A DNA stretch of 64,000 bases from Cyanophora paradoxa CCMP329. Its lineage: Eukaryota > Plantae > Glaucophyta. Where the stretch lies: NCBI GenBank assembly GCA_004431415.1, contig QPMI01000243.1, positions 44,649 through 108,648 on the forward strand. Reading direction: 5' to 3'. This document shows positions 1 through 12,290 of this stretch, in pieces (within the stretch, counting starts at the first letter, position 1; each line of letters starts with the position of its first letter). The notes beneath the pieces were generated by a model that was given only the letters and a program-made list of their open reading frames with translations, did not search any database and was not told the origin of the DNA. A program made the translations under genes and the position numbers.

Positions 1-304
1 CGCGCGGAAGCACGCGACCGCCTCCGCCATGTCCTCCCGCCCCTGCGCAGCCTCCCCTGCCCGGCTGCCGCGTACGCGTCATTCAGAGGCGCGCGGACGG
101 CGGGCCGGGGGCCGCGCACAAGAGAGCCGCCGCGTCCGCGTCCTTCGGGGCCGTCGAACACTCCGACGCAGCTGGCTGAGCCGCAGCGGGCTCCGACTCC
201 TGAGCCGTGTGCCCCGCCGCCGCGGGTTTCTTTGCGGAGGTCGGGCCCGTACACGCGAGCAGCGCGGCGAGGACAAGGAGGGCCCTCAGCCTGAAGCCCT
301 TCAT
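1..304 (-). CDS. Secreted/membrane protein, 5' part only (probably continues off the window start via splicing)
   Basis: ATG at 304; MKGFRLRALLVLAALLACTGPTSA is a classical signal peptide; divergent from the sorting nexin gene. Confidence 0.5.
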
Positions 305-626
305 TTCGTCCCGCCTCTACGAGCGAGTCGCGATGGGCGTCGTCGAGCTGCTGGCGCCGAGCGCCTCGGCTGAAGTCTGAAAATTTTCGAGTGCTGAATC
401 ACTGCTGATCAGTTGGTCTGGAAACGAAGTCTCTAGCCTAGTAGGCCGTTGTCGATCTTATCTATTCCCAGGCGAGGGCAGGGGACCCGGAAAAGCGAGA
501 GCTGAGTGGGGGGATTGGGCCTGCCACGGGTACGCAGCGACTCGAACGTTAGGCGCGTCTTCCAGGCGCGTGTATTATCGACGCCCGAGCGGAAGTAGGC
601 TTCGAAATCCCGTTTCAAGCATCGGA

Positions 627-2598
627 ATGGACTCCCCGGCCCCTCCTCCACCTCCGCGCCGTCCTCTGCCGGTCCCTGGGACGCCGGGCAGCGCCCCGCC
701 TCCAGTTCCGGCCACGCCGCCTGTAGCTCCGCCGCATCCGGCCCCGGCGACCCCGGCGACCCCGGCTGCTCCCGCTCCGGCCCCGGCCGCCCGTCCGGCT
801 CCTGCTGCCCGCCCTGCAGCAGCTCCCACCGCCCAGGTTGCGATCACCTTATGCAACCCTCAGAAGTCCGGCGAAGGCCTCAAAACGCACATTGTGCGTC
901 ATGATACAGAAGTCTTCGGACGCGTACATATGACTGACCCGGCGCCACGCACCGGGTCGGCCCGCAGACGTTCGAGGTGCAAGCGAAGGCGCTGGTGCCC
1001 GAACTGGCTGGCGTGTATGGCTCGCCGCACAGCTCCACTCGCCGCGCATTTAAGGACTTCGCCGCGCTGCGCGACCTTCTCCAGAGCATGTTCCCGCACG
1101 GTCAGTTCCCGAGCGAGAGCTTTTCAACGCTTGACCTCCATGTGCAGTCATTCTGCCGTTCCCTGAGAAGACGACGGCCGACGTTGTGCTGGACAAGAAG
1201 CACGGCTACACGGACGAGTTCATCGAGTGCGCCTCTTTCTAATTGTCCGTCATCGCTTGGGCATGACAGGAACCTCGCCCAGGTCGCGGCGAAAGAAGCT
1301 CAGCAGGTCCGCCTCAACCGCCATCGTCTATACCGCCTCAACCGCCATCGTGGCCGCCGACGCTGCCGGCGCGCGCGCGCAGGTTTATGAACCGTCTTGC
1401 TGAGCACCCGGTGGTCAGCAAGACAGCCGAGTTCCAGGCCTTCCTCACTAACCAGTTCTTTCCTTTTCCGTTCTTTCTCGCGCACGCGTGGCCGCCGACG
1501 CCGCTCGGCGGCAGGGACGCGAGCCTGCCGAAGGGCGGCAACGTGATGGACAAGGCGGCCTCGATCGGCGCCGGCCTCCTGAAGAAGGCCACCGTCGGCG
1601 TGCAGCAGGCGACGCGCGCGCCCGTCCCGAAGGACGACCCCCTCCAGTCGACCATCGAGTGGTACTGCGCCGCGTCCCGTCGGCGTCCTCCCTGTGCCCG
1701 ACGCGCGGCCGGACAGGTTCCGCGGCTTCCAGCTCTCGTGCGAGAAGGCTGCGGACTCCTCGAAGAGCCTCGCCAAGCAGAAGAGCGGTGCGCGGCCCGG
1801 ATCCCCTCTCCGGCGGGGCGCCGTTGAGCGGGCGGCAGACATGGCGTCGTGCGTGGGCCAGCTGGGCGCCATCCTCGCCGACCTCGGCCGCGGCGAGCAC
1901 GCGCACGTCGGCATGGTCGGCGCCCGCGCCCGCTGCCCCTCGCCCGCCCCGGCGCGGCTGAGCGCGCTCGGCGCAGCCGCTACTGGAGGCGTTCGGGGAG
2001 ACGTACCAGGCGCTGAACGCCGTCTCGGTGGGCCTCTCCGCGCAGGCGCAGATCGACGACGAGACCGTGAGCGACCTCTTCAAGGAGTACCTCCTTTTCT
2101 GCGAGGGCTTCAAGGCCGTCGAGATGCACCGCGTGCGGCCCCTCCCTTCCTCCCCTCCTCGGCCCCTCCCCGCTCAGCGCCACGCAGGAGGAGCTGTACG
2201 GGGCGGTGGACTCGCTGCGGTCGCAGGTGGAGAAGGCGAAGGCGAGCCTGCACACGCTCCAGGAGACGGGCCACGCCTCGCAGACCGACAAGATGCTCGG
2301 CCAGGCGATGTCCCTCTTCGGCGGAAAGAAGGAGAAGAAGGACACGACGGCGCAGGAGGCGCAGATCACCGGCGGCATCGAGAAGCTGCAGGCCGAGCTG
2401 GCCGCCGCGCAGAAGGAGTACGAGGAGTTCGCGGGCAAGGTGAAAGAGGAGGTGGCGCGCGTGCACAAGGTCAAGGCGAAGGAGTACAAGGCGATGCTGC
2501 GCGAGTTCGCGGAGGCGCAGATCGCCTTCCACTCCCTAAGCCTCGCCACCTGGAACGCCACTCTCCAGAAGATCGCCGCCGTCCCGGACGAGCCCTAG
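627..2598 (+). CDS. PX-BAR sorting nexin (SNX1/2, Vps5 family) with Pro-rich N-terminus
   Basis: Spliced GT-AG model gives PX motifs RRAFKDFAALRDLL, VILPFPEK and DEFIESRRKKLSRFMNRLAEHPVV..FQAFL, followed by a BAR coiled coil ending FAEAQIAFHSLSLATW; includes a 24-nt exon at 1283-1306. Confidence 0.88.
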
Positions 2599-2996
2599 GC
2601 AGCCCCCTCCCCGCCCGCCTCCCTTCGGGTTCCTCCCCTGTCTGAATTCCACGTGCTGCGTGCCACGGTGATGAGAGGACCGGGGGGCAGGCCAGCCCGT
2701 GGGCCGGAAGGGGCCCGTCAGAGTCGGTCGGACTGTGGCCGAAGTATGCCTTCGATCGTGAACAAGCTAAAAAAGCTGAAGGAAAAGGCAGACCGGGAGG
2801 ACGGCAGCGGCAGCCGAAGCTCGAGTTCGCGCCCGCGGCCTACAAATCTTCAATGGAACTTCGGAATTCATGTACACTTGGCCATGGGGTCTTAAATAAG
2901 AAATACACTAGGAAATCCTGTGGGACTGTGGGCTTCGAAGGCTTCACAGCACGCTCGGCCGGGGAGGCCAGGGGGGGAGTCGGGGCCTCGGGGGCG

Positions 2997-5709
2997 CTAG
3001 CCGCGCAGCAGCGCCTCCGCGTCTGCCACGAACTCGGAGACCTGCCCGGAGCTCAGAAACGGGGGGAGAAGGGGCGAAACGACGGCGGACGCGCCTTGCG
3101 CTGGCGCTCGCGGTCAGACTCGACGACCAGCGCGCGCGCGCGCTCGAGCTGCGCCCGCATCCCGTCGCTGAGCTTGCGCCAGCGCGCCTCGGCGGCGCCC
3201 ATCTCCTCGCGGTGCTGCGCCGCCAGCAGCGCCTTCTCCCGCTCGGCGCCCTCGACCCGCATCGCCAGCTCCTTGCTCTTCACCTCCAGCTCCCCCATCT
3301 TCTGCACCTGCTCGGGGGTGAGGGGCGGGCGGCCTGGGGAGAGGCGGCGCCGGCGTAGGGGCACCTGCTCGCGCATGGCGGCGAGGGCGCGGTCGGAGGC
3401 GGCGCGCTCGGCCTGGGCGACGGCGAGCTGCTGCTCGAGGCTCATGCGCTCGCCGCGCTCCGCGTTGCGCGCGATCTCCATCGTCGTCAGCCGCTCCTGC
3501 ACCTCCGCCACGCGCTTCAGCAGGTCCGCCTGCGTCTTCGCCGCCGACTCCTGCGCGGCCCGCGCCGCCTCCTCGTGGCTCCGCTGCAGCGCCTCGAGGT
3601 CCTTCTCCAGCTGCCGCGCCCGGCTGTCCGCGTCCGCCGCCAGCCGCGCCTGCCGCTCGGCGTCCCGGTTGTGCTCCTCCACTGCCTTCCGCAGCGCGTC
3701 CCGCTCCCGCGAGAGGCCCTCCAGCCGCGCCGTCAGGTCCCGCTCCAGCGCCGAGAGCTTCCGCTCGTACTCCGCCCGCGCCTCCTCCCGCCGCAGCGCC
3801 AGCTCCTCGTCCTTCCCACGTGCCGTCTCCCGCGCGCTCTCCAGCTGCGCCCGCAGCGAGGCCAGCTCGCGCTGCGCCGAGCCCTCGCGCTCCTGTGCCT
3901 CCGCCCGCGTGCGCGCCGCCGCCTCCTCCGCCGCCTCGGCGCGCGCCGCCGCCCGCTCCGAGGTCGCCACCGCCGCGTTGCGCTCGCCCTCGGCCACCTC
4001 GCGAGCCTTCTCCGCCCGCTTCAGCGCCGCCTCCGTGCGGCCCCGGTCCGCCTCGAGCTCCGCCGCCCGCGCCTCGGCCCGCCGCAGCGCGCCCTCCGCC
4101 TGGATCCGCCCCAACCGCTGCTCCTCCGTCCTGTGCGCCCTCGACTCAGCCCGGCGCGGCGCGGCGGGCAGCTCCGGGGCGGGGCGGGGGCGCGCCGGTC
4201 CTTCTCGGCGGTGAGGGCGACCTCGAGGGCCTGGGAGGCGTCGGCGCGGGCGGTGAGGAGGGCCTTGGCGTCCTCCAGCTGCGAGACGAGAGCCTCCAGC
4301 TCCCGCTGCCGCCGCTGCAGCTCGTCGTGCACCCGCGCGTTCTGGCGCCGCCGCCCTCAGCGCCGGCGCGGGGGCGAGGAGGAGCGCGGGGGCGGGGCAG
4401 CGCGGACCTCAAGGAGGGTGCGGTCGAGCTCGACGTTCTGCTCGGTGCGGCGGCGCTCGTCGGCCGCGCGCAGGGCGCGGTTCCGCTCGAGCGCCGCCTG
4501 CACAATCTCCACCGTGTCCTCCAGCACCCCGTTGCCCCCGATCTGCCCGCCCGCAGCCGCTGAACGGTGGCGGCGGGACGAGGGCGCGGCGGAGCGGGCG
4601 TGGAGGCACCTTGAGGTCGGTGAGGAAGCTGTTCTGCGAGACGGCCTCCGCGACGGCCCGCCCGCCCACGACGCCCAGCGAGTTCCAGCGCAGATCGCAG
4701 CTCCGGATGCCGAAGTTGAGGGAGAGGACGGCCGCCAGCTCCAGGCCGCCGGCCGGCCCGATCCGGTTGTTGCGCAGGTCGAGCTGCCGCCCGGGCGGGC
4801 GCGTCAGCGAGGCACGGCGAGAGAGGAGGGCGAGCAGTGCGGTTCTGTCGCTTCAGCGGTAGTCTTTATCACGAGCCGATCGACGGCAACGCGGCACCCA
4901 AGGGGGCATGTTCGCGGGCTTATTGTTCACTGGCAGGCGGGTGACGGGGGAACAGTCACGCGCCGCCAGCGCCGCGGTTGATATATTCCGGGTGACGGAC
5001 GAGCGTCGCCTGATTCTATCGGCTGCCTCGGCGAGAGAGATTCCGGAGGCGCTCGGGAAACGCCGCCCAAGGGCGCGCCTCGGCCGACGGCTCTCAGATT
5101 ACAAAAAATTGGCTTTCTTCCATCCTTAGCGACTGAGCTGAAGGCTAGATTCCCGCTCGCACCTGGTGTATCGTGTTGGATTTTGCCAGCACCTGGCACA
5201 TCAGCTTCATGGCGTCTTCGCTGAGCCCCAAACTGTTCCACTCCAGCAGGAGAGACTCCACGTTGGGGAACGCCTGCAGGAATGCCAGAATCGTCTCACC
5301 CCTGTGAATGTTGCACCCTCTGCGGAATGCTTCAATCTTAGCTTTCTGGCTGACCTCAAATCATAGCTCCATGGCCGAAAATTTGAATGTGGCCGTCGCA
5401 CGCGCACCTTAAGTTCAAACTCCGAATCGCCGTCACATTCGACGACAGACGCGCTTCACTCAACCGATCCAGCAGCGCGGTGTCCCCGAGGCACGAGTCC
5501 GCGAAGCTAAGTACGGATGGGTCATCGGCTTGAGGCGTGGAGGAGCTGCCGGAGGCGCCGAGCGAAGCGCTAGCAATCCCCGCGGGCTGAGAGGCGCTCT
5601 CGCGCATCGCCGCTGTTGCGAGCTTGGAGCCGGACGCGCCCAGCGTCGGCAGCCCACGCGCCGGTGCTGCCTGCGCCCCGATCGGCGGCAGTGATGCCAC
5701 CGTCGGCAT
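2997..5709 (-). CDS. LRRC45: LRRC45-like protein (N-terminal RI-type LRRs plus long coiled coil)
   Basis: LRR exons LLLEWNSLG, LDLRNNRIG, CDLRWNSLGVVGGRA match LRRC45; ~400 aa coiled coil (ORF 3053-4114); spliced end VSEFVADAEALLRG*. Confidence 0.78.
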
Positions 5710-6172
5710 TTTCGCCGATTTCCGGGTTCCAGCTCAGACTGCTGCTGCAACGTCTCGACGAGCCCTGTACCCGTGACAGTGACAGTCGACGTCCCGGCAC
5801 GAGCTCGAGCCCCGGCCCCGGACCCCGCACCGGATCCGGACCCTGAGGCGCCCGGCTCCTCGTCGGCGGCCCCGCCACCGGCGAAGAGGCAGCGCCTGCA
5901 GTTTAGCTAGCTATACCTATGGCTAGCGCTAGCTAGCGCTAGCGCTAGCTCCTCGATCGCGAGCTAGCTCTCCGTTGGTTGACCACCAACCTCTTCCGCC
6001 CACAGTCTTGTGCGGCGCCGGTTAGCGCGTAGACCGGATAGAGGGGCTCCGTTCCCCAGGACTCTCCCGGCCCTTTGTTCACAGCGTCGAAGTCGTACCA
6101 TATACACGTAGTGTGTGCTGTACCCGTAGACGCGTGTCACAGGCCGAGTTTGTTCAATTGCATCGATGCATC

Positions 6173-7461
6173 ATGGCATGCGTTCGTGCCGACCCCTTTC
6201 GTACAATCGAGGTGCGCCGACCGTCGCTCCACCTCGCACGGAGCACGCGCCTCACGGAGCAACGGCGCTCGCAGCATGGAAGTCAGCCCGCTCCGGATAG
6301 CTTCGAGCTCATACAGGATATGCAGACCGATTCGCACGGGTCCGCTCGCCGCAGGCCGGCGAATCGAGCCGCGCTAACCCCGACCGCCGTGCAGTCGCGC
6401 GCGAGGACTACCAACCGATGCGCTGCAACTCGTCTCCTTCCTGCAACTTCGAAGCTGGTGAGCCAGCTGCTTTGGCCGCGCCGATCCGGTCCTGTTCCGC
6501 GTGCTCGCCGCACGCGACGATGCCCGCTGAACGCGTCCCGCAGAGACGAGCGCGGCAGCAAGGAGATCTACAGCATCGCGCTTCGTCGCAGCGACCGCAT
6601 GCGCGGCGCTGGTCGCACTAGGATTCGCCGGCAGTTCGGCCCCCGCATACGCCAGCGGAGTCGCAGTGTCAAAGAAGGTGCGGAGCGCCTGCGCTCGCAT
6701 CCTCCCTCGCGCCCCCGACGCGCGTGGCCGCCAGGCGATCGCGGTGCTGAGTGGAACGATGAACAACGAGAGGGTCAACGGGATCTTCCGGTTCACGCAG
6801 GAGAAGGTGGCTCCGCTCCCCCCACGCGCCGCGCAGCGCCGCAGCCGCATTCGCCGCCTCATGCGCGTCGCGCGCAGGAGGGCGCACCGGTGCACGTCAT
6901 CGGCGAGGTCAACGGGCTGACGCCAGGCGAGTCGCGCGTGTCCTCGTCGGCGGCCGATACAGCTCTGCTGAACTTGGCGGGGGCGCGCGCAGGGCTGCAC
7001 GGGATCCACATTCACGCTCAAGGAGACGTCTCGTTTAAGGTGCCGCGCCGCTTCTCTGCGCGAGCGCCGGCCAGGCCGCGCGCGCGGGCGGCCGAGGCGT
7101 GGCGGCAGGACGGGTCGGGGGTCGGGGGCCACTTCAACCCGTCGGGGAGCTCGCACGGGGACCCGGACGGGAAGGAGCGGCACGCGGGGGACCTGGGGAA
7201 CCTCGTCGCCGACAACCGCGGCATCGCCACCATCGACCGCGAGTACGACACCGGCATGCAGGTCCGCCCCCGAGGGCGCGAGCTGCCCGCCGCCGTCCCC
7301 TCTGCTTCACTGACGCCCGGCCTGTGCAGCTTTCCGGCTCGAAGTCGATCATCGGGCGGGCGCTGGTCATTAACACCGACCCGGACGACTACAGGACGCA
7401 GCCGAACGGCAACTCGGGCGCCGCCATCGCCCAGGGCGTCATCGGCATCTCCGTCAACTAG
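6173..7461 (+). CDS. Cu/Zn superoxide dismutase-fold protein with bipartite plastid/thylakoid-type presequence; active site degenerate
   Basis: Spliced exons give GLHGIHIH, GGHFNP, SHG, RHAGDLGN, SIIGRALVIN, DDYRTQPNGNSG and IAQGVIG; upstream exons give RR..FVAATACAALVALGFAGSSAPAYA; start uncertain (6173 or 6276). Confidence 0.85.
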
Positions 7462-8481
7462 CCCCGCGGCGCCCGCCCGGGGGCCTCAGCCCGCGGGAGC
7501 CCCTCCCGAGCCAAGCCCGCGGCCGGCCCCTTCTGGGGCCCCGGTGGGCAGTCGCCAAGCGTTCAGCCCGGAGGCTGCCCGGCCCGGGGGCCCTCTGGCC
7601 TGGCACCTGCCCTCGTCGTCTTCCCTTTTTGCCCAGCCGTCCTTCAGACTTTTCGGTCCATCGCCACCACTTTCGCGTGCATATGTACCAATTTGGTTAC
7701 TGTGATACGTATACGTTAGTTCGAATCTTCAGAAGGCTTACTTGCAAATGTGATGAATAGGTATACGTGATATTGGTGCATGTCGTAGTCAGTCTAAACA
7801 TTCAATTTTGCAATCGCGATGCATTAGCCTTCATGATCAAAATCACTGGTCAGGAATCGAAGCCGGTGCCCCGGCTGCGGCGGCCGCAGATGCAGGGCCG
7901 CGGCCGGCGCGCGCGCTGGCGCCGGCGCCGCGCCGCGGCCGGCGCGCGCCGCCGGCGCCATGCGGTGCGGCGGCCAGACGGCCCATGGGCCATATGCATA
8001 CGGCATCCGATGATCTCGATCTAGATCTCGAAGTCTGCCGCACGCAGCTGCATGCGCAGGCCAGACCGTCGGACCCCTCGCATGGCCAGAGGAAGTCGGA
8101 CCTCGAATTTCGTTTGTTTGCAATTGGTAAAAGCAAAACCCGTAAGACGACCTGGGCCCCCACGCTCGCCTGGAATGAAGGCGAACGGGCCGGGCGGTCA
8201 TCAACGCCACGCCTCTGGCAAAGCCAGGGAACGCAGCACCTTCACGCTCAGGGGCCCAGGTTATGCTTCCGCATCCGGGTTGAGAGGTTTGTCTTTTTAG
8301 AAAGACATGAGAGATTGACCGAACTGTACACTGATCCTGTACGAGTAAGGTCTTAATCGTACAATTCGGCGGAATCGCTTTTTGTACTCCCGCGCGGAGC
8401 CGATCGCACCACACGTCGCGGAGGCCGCGGGGTCCTCCCAGCGCGCCTCGAGCGCTCTTCCGCGTCGCTGCTGTGCTTTCC
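7439..8481. repeat. Copy 1 of a ~1.05 kb local direct duplication (SOD 3' end, 3'UTR and downstream DNA)
   Basis: Near-identical to 9590-10660; near-identical ORFs at 7767/9919 and 7808/9960. Confidence 0.95.
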
Positions 8482-9589
8482 TTCGCGTCGCTTTGATTGC
8501 GGGGTACAGAATTGCCTCAGGGCTGGGTATAGGTTTCGCTCCGCTCCAACGCTCTGACGTACTGTTCGAGCAGCAGATTGGCGTAGTTAAATCGCTGTCG
8601 GGGAGATTGCTGCTTGCGTGCCGCGGAGATCTCCGCCGCCAAGCGAGAAGGAGGCCAGAGGCGACCCATGGCCAGCGACATCAACTGCGACCCAGCGATC
8701 CAGCGACATCCACTGGTGATGCCGCAGATGTTAACCGAGCTGCAACTGCAACGTTCGGCAGCTGAAGAGAGCTGGCGGTCCGTCGGACGCCGGGCACGCC
8801 GCCAGCTCGTCGGCATCGAAGGCTAAAGCGGGACGCATCGGAGGCTGCGGTGGAGTCGTTGGTGTTCTAGTCCGCCGATGCCTCGCGGAGGACGAAGCCA
8901 GACCGTCCCGCAGCCCCATCCCGGTGATTCAGGCCAGTCGCCCGCGCACATGAGTCGGCTGAAGTGGGAGTGCGAGGACCAGGCACGGTCACGGGCGGCA
9001 AAGCTGTCGCAATAAGCGAGGTGCGGCTCCCGGCGCTGGCGGCGCAGGGGTCGCCGGAGCCAGCCCGGGTTCGGGCGGCGCAGGAGCGAGCAGCGGCGGC
9101 GGCGACGAGGACGGGACGAGGTATGCGGCAACCTTCTCGCCGAGTGCAGCGCCCGCCGCGCCACCGAGTCCCGTGCCGCCGGTGCCGCCTGCGTCCCGGC
9201 CCCAACCCCGCTGCGCGGCGTCGAGGGGAGCGGCCGCAGAGCTCAAGGCGCTTGGCAGTCGTCGGCCTGGACCTCCGCGTCGAGGAGCGGGAGGTCGGCC
9301 CCCGCCCCACTGCCCTACCACCAGCCACCCCGCCCTGCGGCGGGCGGCGCTCCCAGCCCCCAGCACCTCCCTGCACGACCCCGCGGAGGCCGGCGCGGCA
9401 GCAACGGCGGTAGCAGTGGCGGCGGCGGCAGCGGTGCGCGGGTCGGACGTGGATGGCTGCCGCTCGCAGGCGGTGAGTGGCGGCGTGTCGCTCAACGACG
9501 GCGGCACTCGCGGCTGCTGGTACAGAGGCTCGGAGGAGGGCGATGCGTGCCACAGAGAGGAGGCCCCCTGCAGGCAGCCCTGCAGAACT

Positions 9590-10660
9590 TCATCAGCATC
9601 TCTGTCAACTAGCCCCGCGGCGCCCGCCCGGGGGCCTCAGCCCGCGGGAGCCCCTCCCGAGCCAAGCCCGCGGCCGGCCCCTTCTGGGGCCCCGGTGGGC
9701 AGTCGCCAAGCGTTCAGCCCGGAGGCTGCCCGGCCCGGGGGCCCTCTGGAACTGGCACATGCCCTCGTCGTCTTCCCTTTTTGCCCAGCCGTCCTTCAGA
9801 CTTTTCGGTCCATCGCCACCACTTTCGCGTGCATATGTACCAATTTGGTTACTGTGATACGTATACGTTAGTTCGAATCTTCAGAAGGCTTACTTGCGAA
9901 TGTGATGAATAGGCATACGTGATATTGGTGCATGTCGTAGTCAGTCTAAACATTCAATTTTGCAATCGCGATGCATTAGCCTTCATGATCACAATCACTG
10001 GTCAGGAATCGAAGCCGGTGCCCCGGCTGCGGCGGCCGCAGATGCAGGGCCGCGGCCGGCGCGCGCGCTGGCGCCGGCGCCGCGCCGCGGCCGGCGCGCG
10101 CCGCCGGCGCCATGCGGTGCGGCGGCCAGACGGCCCATGGGCCATATGCATACGGCATCCGATGATCTCGATCTAGATCTCGAAGTCTGCCGCACGCAGC
10201 TGCATGCGCAGGCCAGACCGTCGGACCCCTCGCATGGCCAGAGGAAGTCGGACCTCGAATTTCGTTTGTTTGCAATTGGTAAAAGCAAAACCCGTAAGAC
10301 GACCTGGGCCCCCACGCTCGCCTGGAATGAAGGCGAACGGGCGGTCATCAACGCCACGCCTCTGGCAAAGCCAGGGAACGCAGCACCTTCACGCTCAGGG
10401 GCCCAGGTTATGCTTCCGCATCCGGGTTGAGAGGTTTGTCTTTTTAGAAAGACATGAGAGATTGACCGAACTGTACACTGATCCTGTACGAGTAAGGTCT
10501 TAATCGTACAATTCGGCGGAATCGCTTTTTGTACTCCCGCGCGGAGCCGATCGCACCACACGTCGCGGAGGCCGCGGGGTCCCACCCATTCGGGAGCGTC
10601 GCCCCTCTCCTTGCTCCCAGCGCGCGTCGAGCGCTTTTCCGCGTCGCTGCTCTGCTTTCC
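9590..10660. repeat. Copy 2 of the ~1.05 kb local direct duplication
   Basis: Differs from copy 1 by scattered substitutions, a 5-bp indel and a 32-bp indel (~10584-10615). Confidence 0.95.
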
Positions 10661-10952
10661 GGGGCGCGCGGTCGCGCCGGCGCGCGGCAGCCGCGGTCCA
10701 ACCGCCGCCGGCGATCGGGGCGGAGCCGGCCGGTTCGAAACGATGATGTTGATGTACTGGAGCCAGGTCCGGCTCGGCAGGTCTGCGCGCGCTGCGCTAG
10801 CGGAGATCGGCCGGGTCGATCGCCACGCGATCTCCGGGAAAGGGTTCGACTCCCGGCGGGTCGCACCTTTTGGCGGGAGGATCTCAGCAACCGGCTGGGC
10901 CACTTCGAGTCTCGTTTGAGCCTCCCTCGCCGGCTGCGCTGGTAGTTAAAAC

Positions 10953-11835
10953 ATGGAGATCCGCGGCGGCATTGCGGCAGCAGCAGCTATGCAGCAGCGT
11001 CATGTCTCCGGACAACACGATCCGGGGGGCCGCTGAAAGCACTTCAACGAGGCCAAGACGCACCCCGACACGCTGGCCTCGGCCCTGACGCAGGCCATGC
11101 GTCTGTCTCAGCGGGATGCGGTGCGCACCATCTAGATCCACGTGCACGATCGCCTCGGGGTCGCTGTTCTGCATTTGACCATGCCGCGCTGCGCCATGCG
11201 CAGGTCCGTTCAATGTCGGCCGTGCTGATGCGCGGCCGCGGTCGGCGCATCATGACCCGCGAGAATTCGAACGAGACCCTGTGGACGGCGATGCAGGCGG
11301 AGACGCAGCAGTACGTGAAGACCGAGCTGGTGGCGGCGGTCGAGAGCGAGCCGCAGCACCACATCCGCAACAAGATCTGCGACACCCTCTCTGACCTCGC
11401 GGCGCTCGAGCTCGAACACGGTGCGCCCCCGCGCGTGCCGGGCCGGGCGGGACGCGTACGGGGCGGGGGCGGGCAGCCGAGTGTGCGGCGCGCAGGTGGG
11501 GACGTCGAGTGGCCGGAGCTGCTGCCGGTGATGTTCAACTGGACCAAGTCGCCGCGCGCGAAGCTGCGGGAGTCGGCGCTCTGCATCTTCGCGAACCTCG
11601 CGAACTCGATCGCGGAGAAGCTGCAGTCGATGATGGGCGCGCGTGATTCTCGTCATTCCGAAGATCTGAAGGCCACGCTTGCCGACTGTGTCCAGGACGT
11701 GCGCCGGGGCCCGCGCGCTCGCCCCGCCGCCCCGCCCCGCCGCGCGCCGACCCCGCGCAGGTGCTGCTGGCGGCGCTGCGGGCGACGGGCAATTTTCTCA
11801 CCTCCATCGAGGACGAGAACGCGGCCCTTCCGAAG
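10953..11835 (+). pseudogene. IPO5: Truncated, frameshifted importin-5 (IPO5/Kap121-type importin beta) N-terminal fragment
   Basis: MSPDNTIRGAAE..HFNEAKTHPD, VRSMSAVLMR, IRNKICDTLSDLA, WPELLP and LRESALCIF; frameshifts near 10960-11040, an internal inversion, and only ~200 of ~1100 aa present. Confidence 0.8.
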
Positions 11836-12234
11836 TGTCGACCTCCTCTCGAAATTTACATGATCTCCATCTGGCGGAGTTCTTCTACTGAGAATTCGTC
11901 TTTAATTTTCCCCCTTCTGACCGATCGTGCACGGATCCCGGCCCCCGTCGAAGGCCTCCCCTCCGCATTAGTTCCCCTCTATCCTTTTTTTTCTGGATCC
12001 TTGAATATTGGATCTGATGATCATGATCACGTACGCGTGTGCTGATAGTTTGATCGTGATCATGATCATGATCACATTCAGCTTAAGCCCTGCGCCGCGG
12101 CGCGTTAAAAATTACAGCCCTGCCCTTAAGCCTGCTTACATGCAAGCTCTCGAGAGCAAGCTTAGCTCGAGCTCGCTGATTGCAAGCCGGCAATCATGAA
12201 ATCTGGTATTGAACGTATACTGACTCATGATCAT

Positions 12235-12257
12235 GGGGGGGGGGGGGGGGGGGGGGG
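12235..12257. repeat. G homopolymer (~23 nt) just downstream of the stop of the minus-strand fusion gene
   Basis: Directly visible; similar G tracts at ~37010-37035, 45710-45790 and 46400-46560 lie within the channel gene span, mostly or all in predicted introns. Confidence 0.9.
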
Positions 12258-12290
12258 AGAGGGAGGGGGAGTGTGTAGCCTGGGTTATAG

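Noticed and set aside
1310-1351. Direct repeat CGCCTCAACCGCCATCGT that looked like a coding duplication or a non-canonical splice site
   Set aside because: It lies inside a normal GT-AG intron once the 24-nt exon is recognised
7439-10660. LTR retrotransposon interpretation of the direct repeats
   Set aside because: No TG..CA termini, primer-binding site, polypurine tract or gag/pol; the repeat begins inside a host gene
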